64,000 nt of DNA, taken from NCBI GenBank assembly GCA_964016885.1, contig OZ024741.1, positions 384,462,001-384,526,000 of the forward strand. Reading direction: 5' to 3'. Positions 41,601-56,600 of the stretch are shown here, piece after piece. The position numbers were made by a program, and so were the translations under genes. Each line of letters opens with the position of its first letter. The first letter of the stretch is position 1. Below the pieces are notes generated by a model that had not been told where the DNA came from, searched no databases, and worked only from the letters and a program-made list of their open reading frames with translations. This DNA is from Eledone cirrhosa. Lineage: Eukaryota.

Positions 41601-44600
41601 TGTGGATGGTGTATGTGTGTAGATGTTGTATGTGTGTGGATAGTGTATGTGTGGGGATGGTGTATGTGTGTGGATGGTGTATGTGTGTGGAGGGTGTATG
41701 TGTGTGGATGGTGTATGTGTGTGGATGTTGTATGTGTGTGGATGGTGTCTGTGTGTGGATGGTGTATGTGTGTGGATGGTGTCTGTGTGTGGATGGTCTA
41801 TGTGTGTGGATGGTGTATGTGTGTAGATGTTGTATGTGTGTGGATAGTGTATGTGTGGGGATGGTGTATGTGTGTGGATGGTGTATGTGTGTGGATGGTG
41901 TATGTGTGTGGATGGTGTCTGTGTGTGGATGGTGTCTGTGTGTAGATGTTGTATTTGTGTGGAGGGTGTATGTGTGTGGATGGTGCATGTGTGTGGAGGG
42001 TGTATGTGTGTGGATGGTGTATGTGTGTGGATGTTGTATGTGTGTCGATGGTGTATGTGTGTGGATGTTGTATGTGAGTGGATGTTGTATGTGTGTGGAT
42101 GGTGTCTGTGTGTGGATGGTGTATGTGTGTGGATGGTGTATGTGTGTGGATGGTGTCTGTGTGTGGATGGTGTCTGTGTGTAGATGTTGTATGTGTGTGG
42201 ATGTTTTATGTGTGTGGATGGTGTATGTGTGTAGATATTGTATGTGTGTGGAGGGTGTATGTGTGTAGATGTTGTATGTGTGTGGATGTTTTATGTGTGT
42301 GGATGGTGTGTGTGTGTGGATTGTGTATGTGTGTGGATGGTGTATGTGTGTGGATGTTGTATGTGTGTGGATGTTGTATGTGTGTGAATGCTGTATGTGT
42401 GTGGATGTTGTATGTGTGTGGATGGTGTATGTGTGTTGATGGTGTATGTGTGTGGATGGTGTCTGTGTGTGGATGGTGTATGTGTGTGGATGTTGTATGT
42501 GTGTGGAGGGTGTATGTGTGTGGAGGGTGTATGTGTGTGGATGGTGTATGTGTGGTGATGGTGTATGTGTGTGGATGGTGTGTGTGTGTAGATGTTTATG
42601 TGTGTGGATGGTGTATGTGTGTGGATGATGTATGTGTGGGGATGGTGTATGTGTGTGGATGTTGTATGTGTGTGGGGGGTGTATGTGTGTGGATGGTGTA
42701 TGTGTGTGGAGGGTGTATGTGTGTAGATGTTGTATGTGTGTGGGGGGTGTATGTGTGTGGATGGTGTATGTGTGTGGAGGGTGTATGTGTGTAGATGTTG
42801 TATGTGTGTGGATGGTGTATGTGTGTGGATGTTGTATGTGTGTGGATGGTGTATGTGTGTGGATGTTGTATGTGTGTGGATGGTATATATGTGTGGATGC
42901 TGTGTGTGTGTGGATGTTGTATGTGTGTGAATGGTGTATGTGTGGGGATGTTGTATGTGTGTGGATGGTGTATGTGTGTGGATGTTGTATGTGTGTGGAT
43001 GTTGTATGTGTGTGGATGTCATATGTGTGTGGATGGTGTATGTGTGTGGATGGTTTACATCTGTGGATGTTGTATGTGTGTGAATGGTGTATGTGTGTGG
43101 ATGGTGTATGTGTGTAGATGTTTTATGTGTGTGAATGGTGTATGTGTGTAAATGTTGTATGTGTGTGGATGTTGTATGTGTGTGGAGGGTGTATGTGTGT
43201 GGATGCTGTGTGTGTGTGGATGTTGTATGTGTGTGAATGGTGTATGTGTGGGGATGTTGTATGTGTGTGGATGGTGTATGTGTGTGGATGTTGTATGTGT
43301 GTGGATGTTGTATGTGTGTGGATGTCATATGTGTGTGGATGGTGTATGTGTGTGGATGGTTTACATCTGTGGATGTTGTATGTGTGTGGATGTTGTATGT
43401 GTGTGGATGGTGTATGTGTGTAGATGTTTTATGTGTGTGAATGGTGTCTGTGTGTAAATGTTGTATGTGTGTGGATGTTGTATGTGTGTGGAGGGTGTCT
43501 GTGTGTGGATGTTGTATGTGTGTGGAGGGTGTCTGTGTGTGGATGGTGTATGTGTGTAGATGTTGTATGTGTGTGGAGGGTGTCTGTGTGTGGATGTTGT
43601 ATGTGTGTGGATGTTGTCTGTGTGTTAATGTTGTATGTGTGTGGATAGTGTATGTGTGGGGATGGTGTATGTGTGTGGATGGTGTCTGTGTGTGGATGTT
43701 GTATGTGTGTGGATGGTCTCTGTGTGTGGATGGTGTCTGTGTGTAGATGTTGTATGTGTGTGGATGGTGTATGTGTGTGGATGGTGCATGTGTGTGGAGG
43801 GTGTATGTGAGTGGATGTTGTATGTGTGTGGAGGGTGTATGTGTGTGGATGGTGTATGTGTGTAGATGTTGTATGTGTGTGGAGGGTGTATGTGTGTGGA
43901 TGGTGTATGTGTGTAGATATTGAATGTGTGTGGAGGGTGTATGTGTGTAGATGTTTATGTGTATGGATGGTGTATGTGTGTAGATGTTGTATGTGTGTGG
44001 ATGTTTTATGTGTGTGGATGGTGTGTGTGTGTGGATTGTGTATGTGTGTGGATGGTGTATGTGTGTGGATGTTGTATGTGTGTGGATGTTGTATGTGTGT
44101 GAATGTTGTATGTGTGTGGATGTTGTATGTGTGTGGATGGTGTCTGTGTGTGGATGGTGTATGTGTGTGGATGGTGTCTGTGTGTGGATGGTGTATGTGT
44201 GTGGATGGTGTATGTGTGTAGATGTTGTATGTGTGTGGTGGGTGTATGTGTGTGGATGGTGTATGTGTGTGGATGGTCTCTGTGTGTGGATGGTGTTTGT
44301 GTGTGGATGGTGTCTGTGTGTGGATGGAGTATGTGTGGGGATGGTGTATGTGTGTGGATGTTGTATGTGTGTAGATGTTGTATGTGTGTGGGGGGTGTAT
44401 GTGTGTGGATGGTGTATGTGTGTGGAGTGTGTATGTGTGTAGATGTTGTATGTGTGTGGATGGTGTATGTGTGTGGATGTTGTATGTGTGTGGAGGGTGT
44501 ATGTGTGTGGAGGTTGTATGTGTGTGGATGGTATATGTGTGTGGATGCTGTGTGTGTGTGGATGTTGTATGTGTGTGAATGGTGTATGTGTGTGGATGGT

Positions 44601-47600
44601 GTATGTGTGTGGGGATGTTGTATGTGTGTGGATTGTGTATGTGTGTGGATGGTGTATGTATGTAGACGTTGTATGTGGGTGGAGGGTGTATGTGTGTGTA
44701 TGTTGTATGTGAGGGGATTGTGTATGTGTGTGGAGGGTGTATGTGTGTGGAGGGTGTATGTGTGTGGATGTTGTATGTGTGTGGATGGTGTATGTGTGTG
44801 GATGTTGTATGTGTGTGGAGGGTGTATGTGTGTGGATGTTGTATGTGTGTGGATGGTATATGTGTGTGGATGCTGTGTGTGTGTGGATGTTGTATGTGTG
44901 TGAATGGTGTATGTGTGTGGATGGTGTATATGTGTGGGGATGTTGTATGTGTGTGGATTGTGTATGTGTGTGGAGGGTGTATGTGTGTGGAGGGTGTGTG
45001 TGTGTGGATGTTGTATGTGTGTGGATGGTTTATGTGTGTGGAGGGTGTATGTGTGTAGACGTAGTATGTGGGTGGAGGATGTATGTGTGTAGATGTTGTA
45101 TGTGGTGGAGGGTGTATGTGTGTGTATGTTGTATGTGTGGGGATGTTATATGTGTGTGGAGGGTGTATGTGTGTGGATGGTGTATGTGTGTGGATGTTGT
45201 ATGTGTGTGGATGGTGTATGTGTGTAGATGTTGTATGTGTGTGGATGTTAGATGTGTGTGGATGGTGTATGTGTGTGGATGGTGTGTGTGTGTGCATGGT
45301 GTATGTGTGTAGACGTTGTATGTGTGTGGATGGTGTATGTGTGTGGATGGTGTAAGTGTGTGGATGGTGTATGTATGTAGACATTGTCTGTGTGTGGATG
45401 GTGTATGTGTGTGGAGGGTGTATGTGTGTGGACGTTGTATGTGTGTGGATGGTGTATGTGTGTGGATGGTGTATGTGTGTAGATGTTGTATGTTTGTGGA
45501 GGGTGTATGTGTGTGGATGGTCTATGTGTGTGGATGGTGTCTGTGTGTGGATGGTGTCTGTGTGTGGATGGTGTATGTGTGTGGATGGTGTATGTGTGTA
45601 GATGTTGTATGTGTGTGGAGGGTGTATGTGTGTGGATGGTGCATGTGTGTGGAGGGTGTATGTGAGAGGATGTTGTATGTGTGTGGATGGTGTATGTGTG
45701 TAGATATTGTATGTGTGTGGATGGTGTATGTGTGTAGATGTTGTATGTGTGTGGATGGTGTATGTGTGTAGATGTTGTATGTGTGTGGATGGTGTATGTG
45801 TGTGGAGGGTGTATGTGTGTGGATGTTGTTTGTGTGTCGATGTTGTATGTGTGTGGATGTTGTATGTGTGTGGATGTTGTATGTGTGTGGATGGTTTATG
45901 TGTGTGGATGTTGTATGTGTGTGGATGGTGTATGTGTGTGGATGTTGTATGTGTGTGGATGTTGTATGTGTGTGGAGGGTTTATGTGTGTGGATGTTGTA
46001 TGTGTGTGGATGTTGTATGTGTGTGGATGTTGTATGTGTGTGGATGTTGTATGTATGTGGATGGTGTATGTGTGTGTATGTTGTATGTGTGTGGCTGTTG
46101 TATGTGTGTGGAGGGTTTATGTGTGTTGATGGTGTCTGTGTGTGGATGTTGTATGTGTGTGGATGTTGTATGTGTGTGGATGGTGTGTGAGTGTGGATGT
46201 TGTATGTGTGTGAATGGTGTATGTGTGGGGATGTTGTATGTGTGTGGATTGTGTATGTGTGTGGATGGTGTATGTGTGTGGATGTTGTATGTGTGTGGAT
46301 GTTGTATGTATGTGGATGGTGTATGTGTGTGGATGTTGTATGTGTGTGGCTGTTGTATGTGTGTGGAGGGTTTATGTGTGTTGATGGTGTCTGTGTGTGG
46401 ATGTTGTATGTGTGTGGATGTTGTATGTGTGTGGATGGTGTGTGAGTGTGGATGTTGTATGTGTGTGAATGGTGTATGTGTGGGGATGTTGTATGTGTGT
46501 GGATTGTGTATGTGTGTGGATGGTGTATGTGTGTGGATGTTGTATGTGTGTGGATGGTGTATGTGTGTAGATGTTGTATGTGTGTGGATGTTGTATGTGT
46601 GTGGATGTTGTATGTGTGTGGATGGTGTATGTGTGTAGATGTTGTATGTGTGTGGATGGTGTATGTGTGTGGAGGGTGTATGTGTGTGGAGGGTGTATGT
46701 GTGTGGATGGTGTATGTGTGGGGATGGTGTATGTGTGTAGATGTTGTATGTGTGTGGATGGTGTATGTGTGTGGAGTGTGTATGTTTGTAGACGTTGTAT
46801 GTGTGTGGAGGGTGTATGTGTGTGGAGGGTGTATGTGTGTGGATGGTGTATGTGTGGGGATGGTGTATGTGTGTAGATGTTGTATGTGTGTGGATGGTGT
46901 ATGTGTGTGGAGTGTGTATGTTTGTAGACGTTGTATGTGTGTGGATGGTGTATGTGGGTGGAGGGTGTATGTGTGTGGATGTTGTATGTGTGTGGATGGT
47001 GTATGTGTGTGGATGGTGTATGTGTGTAGATGTTGTATGTGTGTGGAGGGTGTATGTGTGTGGATGGTGCATGTGTGTGGAGGGTGTATGTGAGAGGATG
47101 TTGTATGTGTGTGGATGGTGTATGTGTGTAGATATTGTATGTGTGTGGATGGTGTATGTGTGTAGATGTTGTATGTGTGTGGATGGTGTATGTGTGTAGA
47201 TGTTGTATGTGTGTGGATGGTGTATGTGTGTGGAGGGTGTATGTGTGTGGATGTTGTTTGTGTGTCGATGTTGTATGTGTGTGGATGTTGTATGTGTGTG
47301 GATGTTGTATGTGTGTGGATGGTTTATGTGTGTGGATGTTGTATGTGTGTGGATGGTGTATGTGTATGGATGTTGTATGTGTGTGGATGTTGTATGTGTG
47401 TGGAGGGTTTATGTGTGTGGATGTTGTATGTGTGTGGATGTTGTATGTGTGTGGATGTTGTATGTGTGTGGATGTTGTATGTATGTGGATGGTGTATGTG
47501 TGTGGATGTTGTATGTGTGTGGCTGTTGTATGTGTGTGGAGGGTTTATGTGTGTTGATGGTGTCTGTGTGTGGATGTTGTATGTGTGTGGATGTTGTATG

Positions 47601-50600
47601 TGTGTGGATGGTGTGTGAGTGTGGATGTTGTATGTGTGTGAATGGTGTATGTGTGGGGATGTTGTATGTGTGTGGATTGTGTATGTGTGTGGATGGTGTA
47701 TGTGTGTGGATGTTGTATGTGTGTGGATGGTGTATGTGTGTAGATGTTGTATGTGTGTGGATGTTGTATGTGTGTGGATGTTGTATGTGTGTGGATGGTG
47801 TATGTGTGTAGATGTTGTATGTGTGTGGATGGTGTATGTGTGTGGAGGGTGTATGTGTGTGGAGGGTGTATGTGTGTGGATGGTGTATGTGTGGGGATGG
47901 TGTATGTGTGTAGATGTTGTATGTGTGTGGATGGTGTATGTGTGTGGAGTGTGTATGTTTGTAGACGTTGTATGTGTGTGGATGGTGTATGTGGGTGGAG
48001 GGTGTATGTGTGTGGATGTTGTATGTGTGTGGATGGTGTATGTGTGTAGACTTATGTGTGTGGATGGTGTATGTGTGTGGATGGTGTATGTGTGTGGATG
48101 TTGTATGTGTGTGGATGGTGTATGTGTGTGGAGGGTGTATGTGTGTGGAGGGTGTATGTGTGTGGATGGTGTATGTGTGGGGATGGTGTATGTGTGTGGA
48201 TGGTGGATGTGTGTAGATGTTGTATGTGTGTGGATGTTGTATGTGTGTGGATGGTGTCTGTGTGTGGATGGTGTGTGTGTGTAGATGTTTATGTGTGTGG
48301 ATGGTGTATGTGTGTGGATGGTGTATGTGTGTGGATGTTGTATGTATGGGGATGGTGTCTGTGTGTGGATGGTGTGTGTGTGTAGATGTTTATGTGTGTG
48401 GATGGTGTATGTGTGTGGATGATGTATGTGTAGGGATGGTGTATGTGTGTGGATGTTGTATGTGTGTAGATGTTGTATGTGTGTGGAGGGTGTATGTGTG
48501 TGGATGGTGTATGTGTGTGGATGATGTATGTGTGGGGATGGTGTATGTGTGGGGATGGTGTATGTGTGTAGATGTTGTATGTGTGTAGATGTTGTATGTG
48601 TGTGGAGGGTGTATGTGTGTGGATGGTGTATGTGTGTGGATGATGTATGTGTGGGGATGGTGTATGTTTGTGGATGTTGTATGTGTGTAGATGTTGTATG
48701 TGTGTGGATGGTGTATGTGTGTGAATGGTGTATGTGTGTGGAGGGTGTATGTGTGTGGATGGTGTATGTGTGTGGAGGGTGTATGTGTGTAGATGTTGTA
48801 TGTGTGTGGATGGTGTATGTGTGTGGATGTTGTATGTGTGTGGAGGGTGTATGTGTGTGGATGTTGTATGTGTGTGGATGGTATATGTGTGTGGATGCTG
48901 TGTGTGTGTGGATGTTGTATGTGTGTGAATGGTGTATGTGTGGGGATGTTGTATGTTTGTGGATTGTGTATGTGTGTGGAGGGTGTATGTGTGTGGATGT
49001 TGTATGTGTGTGGATGGTTTACATGTGTGGAGGGTGTATGTGTGTAGACGTTGTATGTGGGTGGAGGGTGTATGTGTGTGTATGTTGTATGTGTGGGGAT
49101 GTTATATGTGTGTGGAGGGTGTATGTGTGTGGATGGTGTATGTGTGTGGATGTTGTATGTGTGTGGATGGTGTATGTGTGTAGATGTTGTATGTGTGAGG
49201 ATGTTGTATGTGTGTGGATGGTGTATGTGTGTGGATGGCGTGTGTGTGTGGATGGTGTATGCGTGTAGACGTTGTATGTGTGTGGATGGTGTATGTGTGT
49301 GGATGGTGTATGTGTGTGGATGGTGTATGTGTGTAGATATTGTCTGTGTGTGGATGGTGTATGTGTGTGGAGGGTGTCTGTGTGTGGATGGTGTGTGTGT
49401 GTGGATGTTGTATGTGTTTGGAGGGTGTATGTGTGTAGATGTGTATGTGTGTGGATGGTGTATGTGTGTGGATGGTGTATGTGTGTGGATGTTTTATGTG
49501 TGTGGATGGTGTGTGTGTGTGGATTGTGTATGTGTGTGGATGGTGTATGTGTGTGGATGTTGTATGTGTGTGGATGTTGTATGTGTGTGAATGTTGTATG
49601 TGTGTGGATGTTGTATGTGTGTGGATGGTGTATGTGTGTGGATGGTGTCTGTGTGTGGATGGTGTCTGTGAGTGGATGGTGTCTGTGTGTGGAGGGTGTA
49701 TGTGTGTGGATGGTGCATGTGTCTGGAGGGTGTATGTATGTAGACATTGTCTGTGTGTGGATGGTGTATGTGTGTGGATGGTGTCTGTGTGTGGATGGTG
49801 TATGTGTGTGGATGGTGTATGTGTGTGGAGGGTCTATGTGTGTGGATGGTGTATGTGTGTGGATGTTGTAAGTGTGTGGATGTTGTATGTGTGTGGATGG
49901 TGTATGTGTGTGGAGGGTGTATGTGTGTAGATGTTGTATGTGTGTGGAGGGTGTATGTGTGTGGAGGGTCTATGTGTGTGGATGGTGTATGTGTGTGGAG
50001 GGTCTATGTGTGTGGATGGTGTATGTGTGTGGATGTTGTAAGTGTGTGGATGTTGTATGTGTGTGGATGGTGTATGTGTGTGGAGGGTGTATGTGTGTAG
50101 ATGTTGTATGTGTGTGGAGGGTGTATGTGTGTGGATGGTGTATGTGTGTGGATGGTGTATGTGTGTAGATGTTGTATGTTTGTGGAGGGTGTATGTGTGT
50201 GGATGGTGTCTGTGTGTGGATGGTGTATGTGTGTAGATGTTGTATGTGTGTGGAGGGTGTATGTGTGTGGAGGGTGTATGTGTGTGGATGGTGTCTGTGT
50301 GTGGATGGTGTATGTGTGTAGATGTTGTATGTGTGTGGAGGGTGTATGTGTGTGGAGGGTGTATGTGTGTGGATGTTGTTTGTGTGTCGATGTTGTATGT
50401 GTGTGGATGTTGTATGTGTGTGGATGGTGTATGTGTGTGGATGTTGTATGTGTGTGGCTGTTCTATGTGTGTGGAGGGTTTACGTGTGTGGATGGTGTCT
50501 GTGTGTGGATGTTGTATGTGTGTGGATGTTGTATGTGTGTGGATGGTGTATGTGTGTGGAGGGTGTATGTGTGTGGATGTTGTTTGTGTGTCGATGTTGT

Positions 50601-53600
50601 ATGTGTGTGGATGTTGTATGTGTGTGGATGTTGTATGTGTGTGGATGGTGTATGTGTGTGGATGTTGTATGTGTGTGGCTGTTGTATGTGTGTGGAGGGT
50701 TTACGTGTGTGGATGGTGTCTGTGTGTGGATGTTGTATGTGTGTGGATGGTGTGTGAGTGTGGATGTTGTATGTGTGTGAATGGTGTATGTGTGTGGATT
50801 GTGTATGTGTGTGGAGGGTGTATGTGTGTGGATGGTGTGTGAGTGTGGATGTTGTATGTGTGGGGATGTTGTATGTGTGTGGATTGTGTATGTGTGTGGA
50901 GGGTGTATGTGTGTGGAGTGTGTATGTTTGTAGACGTTGTATGTGTGTGGATGGTGTATGTGGGTGGAGGGTGTATGTGTGTGGATGTTGTATGTGTGTG
51001 GATGGTGTATGTGTGTAGACGTATGTGTGTGGATGGTGTATGTGTGTGGATGGTGTATGTGTGTGGTTGTTGTATGTGTGTGGATGTTGTATGTGTGTGG
51101 ATGTTGTATGTGTGTGGATGGTGTATGTGTGTAGACGTATGTGTGTGGATGGTGTATGTGTGTGGATGGTGTATGTGTGTGGATGTTGTATGTGTGTGGA
51201 TGGTGTATGTGTGTGGAGGGTGTATGTGTGTGGAGGGTGTATGTGTGTGGATGGTGTATGTGTGGGGATGGTGTATGTGTGTGGATGGTGGATGTGTGTA
51301 GATGTTGTATGTGTGTGGATGTTGTATGTGTGTGGATGGTGTCTGTGTGTGGATGGTGTGTGTGTGTAGATGTTTATGTGTGTGGATGGTGTATGTGTGT
51401 GGATGATGTATGTGTAGGGATGGTGTATGTGTATGGATGTTGTATGTGTGTAGATGTTGTATGTGTGTGGAGGGTGTATGTGTGTGGATGGTGTATGTGT
51501 GTGGAGGGTGTATGTGTGTAGATGTTGTATGTGTGTGGATGGTGTATGTGTGTGGATGTTGTATGTGTGTGGAGGGTGTATGTGTGTGGATTTTGTATGT
51601 GTGTGGATGGTATATGTGTGTGGATGCTGTGTGTGTGTGGATGTTGTATGTGTGTGAATGGTGTATGTGTGGGGATGTTGTATGTTTGTGGATTGTGTAT
51701 GTGTGTGGAGGGTGTATGTGTGTGGAGGGTGTATGTGTGTGGATGGTGTATGTGTGTGGATGGTGTATGTGTGTGGATGGTTTACATGTGTGGAGGGTGT
51801 ATCTGTGTAGACGTTGTATGTGGTGGAGGGTGTATGTGTGTGTATGTTGTATGTGTGGGGATGTTATATGTGTGTGGAGGGTGTATGTGTGTGGATGGTG
51901 TATGTGTGTGGATGTTGTATGTGTGTGGATGTTGTATGTGTGTGGATGGTGTATGTGTGTGGATGGTGTATGTGTGTGGATGGTGTGTGTGTGTGGATGG
52001 TGTATGTGTGTAGACGTTGTATGTGTGTGGATGTTGTATGTGTGTGGATGGTGTATGTGTGTGGATGGTGTGTGTGTGTGGATGGTGTATGTGTGTGGAT
52101 GGTGTATGTGTGTGGATGGTGTGTGTGTGTGGATGGTGTATGTGTGTGGATGTTGTATGTGTGTGGATGGTGTATGTGTGTGGATGGTGTGTGTGTATGG
52201 ATGGTGTATGTGTGTAGACGTTGTATGTGTGTGGATGTTGTATGTGTGTGGATGGTGTATGTGTGTGGATGGTGTGTGTGTGTGGATGGTGTATGTGTGT
52301 AGACGTTGTATGTGTGTGGATGTTGTATGTGTGTGGATGGTGTATGTGTGTGGATGGTGTGTGTGTGTGGATGGTGTATGTGTGTAGACGTTGTATGTGT
52401 GTGGATGGTGTATGTGTGTGGATGGTGTATGTGTGTGGATGGTGTATGTGTGTGGATGGTGTATGTGTGTAGATGTTGTATGTGTGTGGATGTTGTATGT
52501 GTGTGGATGGTGTATGTTTGTGGATGGTGTGTGTGTGTGGATGGTGTATGTGTGTAGACGTTGTATGTGTGTGGATGGTGTATGTGTGTGGATGGTGTAT
52601 GTGTGTGGCTGGTGTATGTGTGTAGACATTGTCTGTGTGTGGATGGTGTATGTGTGTGGAGGGTGTATGTGTGTGGTCGTTGTATGTGTGTGGATGGTGT
52701 ATGTGTGTGGATGGTGTATGTGTGTGGACGTTGTATGTGTGTGGATGGTGTATGTGTGTGGATGTTGTATGTGTGTGAATGGTGTATGTGTGTAGACATT
52801 GTCTGTGTGTGGATGGTGTATGTGTGTAGATGTTGTATGTGTGTGGAGGGTGTATGTGTGTGGATGGTGTATGTGTGTGGATGGTGTATGTGAGTGGATG
52901 GTGTCTGTGTGTGGATGGTGTATGTGTGTAGATGTTGTATGTGTGTGGATGGTGTATGTGTGTAGATGTTGTATGTGTGTGGAGGGTGTATGTGTGTGGA
53001 TGGTGTATGTGAGTGGATGGTGTCTGTGTGTGGATGGTGTATGTGTGTGGATGTTATATGTGTGTGGAGGGTGTATGTGTGTGGATGTTATATGTGTGGA
53101 TGGTGTATGTGTGTGGATGTTGTATGTGTGTGGATGGTGTCTGTGTGTGGATGGTGTATGTGTGTGGATGGTGTATGTGTGTAGATGTTGTATGTGTGTG
53201 GAGGCTGTATGTGTGTGGATGGTGTATGTGTGTGGATGGTCTCTGTGTGTGGATGGTGTCTGTGTGTGGATGGTGTCTGTGTGTGGATGGAGTATGTGTG
53301 GGGATGGTCTCTGTGTGTGGATGGTGTCTGTGTGTGGATGGTGTATGTGTGTGGATGGTGTATGTGTGTGGATGTTGTATGTGTGTGGATGGTGTATGTG
53401 TGTGGATGTTGTATGTGTGTGGCTGTTGTATGTGTGTGGAGGGTTTATGTGTGTGGATGGTGTCTGTGTGTGGATGTTGTATGTGTGTGGATGTTGTATG
53501 TGTGTGGATGGTGTGTGTGTGTGGATGTTGTATGTGTGTGAATGGTGTATGTGTGGGGATGTTGTATGTGTGTGGATTGTGTATGTGTGTGGAGGGTGTA

Positions 53601-56600
53601 TGTGTGTGGAGGGTGTATGTGTGTAGACGTTGTATGTGTGTGGATGGTGTATGTGGGTGGAGGGTGTATGTGTGTGGATGTTGTATGTGTGTGGATGGTG
53701 TATGTGTGTAGATGTTGTATGTGTGTGGATGTTGTATGTGTGTGGATGTTGTATGTGTGTGGATGGTGTATGTGTGTAGACGTATGTGTGTGGATGGTGT
53801 ATGTGTGTGGATGGTGTATGTGTGTGGATGTTATATGTGTGTGGATGGTGTATGTGTGTGGAGGGTGTATGTGTGTGGAGGGTGTATGTGTGTGGAGGGT
53901 GTATGTGTGTGGATGGTGTATGTGTGGTGATGGTGTATGTGTGTGGATGGTGTGTGTGTGTAGATGTTTATGTGTGTGGATGGTGTATGTGTGTGGATGA
54001 TGTATGTGTGGGGATGGTGTATGTGTGTGGATGTTGTATGTGTGTAGATGTTGTATGTGTGTGGATGCTGTGTGTGTGTGGATGTTGTATGTGTGTGTAT
54101 GTTGTATGTGTGGGGATGTTATATGTGTGTGGAGGGTGTATGTGTATGGATGGTGTATGTGTGTGGATGTTGTATGTGTGTGGATGGTGTATGTGTGTAG
54201 ATGTTGTATGTGTATGGATGTTGTATGTGTGTGGATGGTGTATGTGTGTGGATGGTGTGTGTGTGTGGATAGTGTATGTGTGTAGACGTTGTATGTGTGT
54301 GGATGGTGTATGTGTGTGGATGGTGTATGTGTGTGGATGGTGTATGTGTGTAGATATTGTCTGTGTGTGGATGGTGTATGTGTGTGGAGGGTGTATGTGT
54401 GTGGACGTTGTATGTGTGTGGATGGTGTATGTGTGTGGATGGTGTATGTGTGTGGACGTTGTATGAGTGTGGATGGTGTATGTGTGTAGACATTGTCTGT
54501 GTGTGGATGGTGTATGTGTGTGGAGGGTGTATGTGTGTGGTCGTTGTATGTGTGTGGATGGTGTATGTGTGTGGATGGTGTATGTGTGTGGACGTTGTAT
54601 GTGTGTGGATGGTGTATGTGTGTGGATGTTGTATGTGTGTGAATGGTGTATGTGTGTAGACATTGTCTGTGTGTGGATGGTGTACGTGTGTGGAGGGTGT
54701 ATGTGTGTGGAGGGTGTATGTGTGTGGATGGTGTATGTGTGCGGATGGTGTATGTGTGTGAATGGTGTATGTGTGTAGATGTTGTATGTGTGTGGATGGT
54801 GTATGTGTGTAGATGTTGTATGTGTGTGGAGGGTGTATGTGTGTGGATGGTGTATGTGAGTGGATGGTGTCTGTGTGTGGATGGTGTATGTGTGTAGATG
54901 TTGTATGTGTGTGGATGGTGTATGTGTGTAGATGTTGTATGTGTGTGGAGGGTGTATGTGTGTGGATGGTGTATGTGAGTGGATGGTGTCTGTGTGTGGA
55001 TGGTGTCTGTGTGTGGATGGTGTATGTGTGTGGATGGTGTATGTGTGTGGAGGGTGTATGTGTGTGGATGGTGTCTGTGTGTAGATGTTGTATGTGTGTG
55101 GATGGTCTCTGTGTGTGGATGGTGTCTGTGTGTGGATGGTGTATGTGTGTGGTCGTTGTATGTGTGGGGATGGTGTATGTGTGCGGATGGTGTATGTGTG
55201 TGGATGGTGTATGTGTGTAGATGTTGTATGTGTGTGGAGGGTGTATGTGTGTGGATGGTGTCTGTGTGTAGATGTTGTATGTGTGTGGATGGTCTCTGTG
55301 TGTGGATGGTGTCTGTGTGTGGATGGTGTATGTGTGTGGTCGTTGTATGTGTGGGGATGGTGTATGTGTGTGGATGGTGTATGTGTGTGGATGGTGTATG
55401 TGTGTGGAGGGTGTATGTGTGTGGAGGGTGTATGTGTGTAGAAGTTGTATGTGTGTGGATGGTGTATGTGTGTGGATGGTGTATGTGTGTGGATGGTGTA
55501 TGTGTGTGGAGGGTGTATGTGTGTGGAGGGTGTATGTGTGTAGAAGTTGTATGTGTGTGGAGGGTGTATGTGTGTGGATGGTGTATGTGTGTAGACGTAT
55601 GTGTGTGGATGGTGTATGTGTGTGGATGGTGTATGTGTGTGGATGTTGTATGTGTGTGGATGTTGTATGTGTGTGGAGGGTGTATGTGTGTGGATGGTGT
55701 ATGTGTGGTGATGGTGTATGTGTGTGGATGGTGTGTGTGAGTAGATGTTTATGTGTGTGGATGGTGTATGTGTGTGGATGATGTATGTGTGGGGATGGTG
55801 TATGTGTGTGGATGTTGTATGTGTGTAGATGTTGTATGTGTGTGGATGGTGTATGTGTGTGGTCGTTGTATGTGTGGGGATGGTGTATGTGTGTGGATGG
55901 TGTATGTGTGTGGATGGTGTATGTGTGTGGAGGGTGTATGTGTGTGGATGTTGTTTGTGTGTCGATGTTGTATGTGTGTGTGTGTTGTATGTGTGTGGAT
56001 GTTGTATGTGTGTGGATGGTGTATGTGTGTGGATGTTGTATGTGTGTGGATGTTGTATGTGTGTGGATGGTGTATGTGTGTGGATGTTGTATGTGTGTGG
56101 ATGGTGTATGTGTGTGGATGTTGTATGTGTGTGGATGGTGTATGTGTGTGGATGGTGTATGTATGTAGACGTTGTATGTGTGTGGATGGTGTATATGTGT
56201 GGATGTTGTATGTGTGTGGCTGTTGTATGTGTGTGGAGGGTTTATGTGTGTGGATGGTGTCTGTGTGTGGATGTTGTATGTGTGTGGATGTTGTATGTGT
56301 GTGGATGGTGTGTGTGTGTGGATGTTGTATATGTGTGAATGGTGTATGTGTGGGGATGTTGTATGTGTGTGGATTGTGTATGTGTGTGGAGGGTGTATGT
56401 GTGTGGAGGGTGTATGTGTGTAGACGTTGTATGTGTGTGGATGGTGTATGTGGGTGGAGGGTGTATGTGTGTGGATGTTGTATGTGTGTGGATGGTGTAT
56501 GTGTGTAGATGTTGTATGTGTGTGGATGTTGTATGTGTGTGGATGTTGTATGTGTGTGGATGTTGTATGTGTGTGGATGGTGTATGTGTGTGGATGTTGT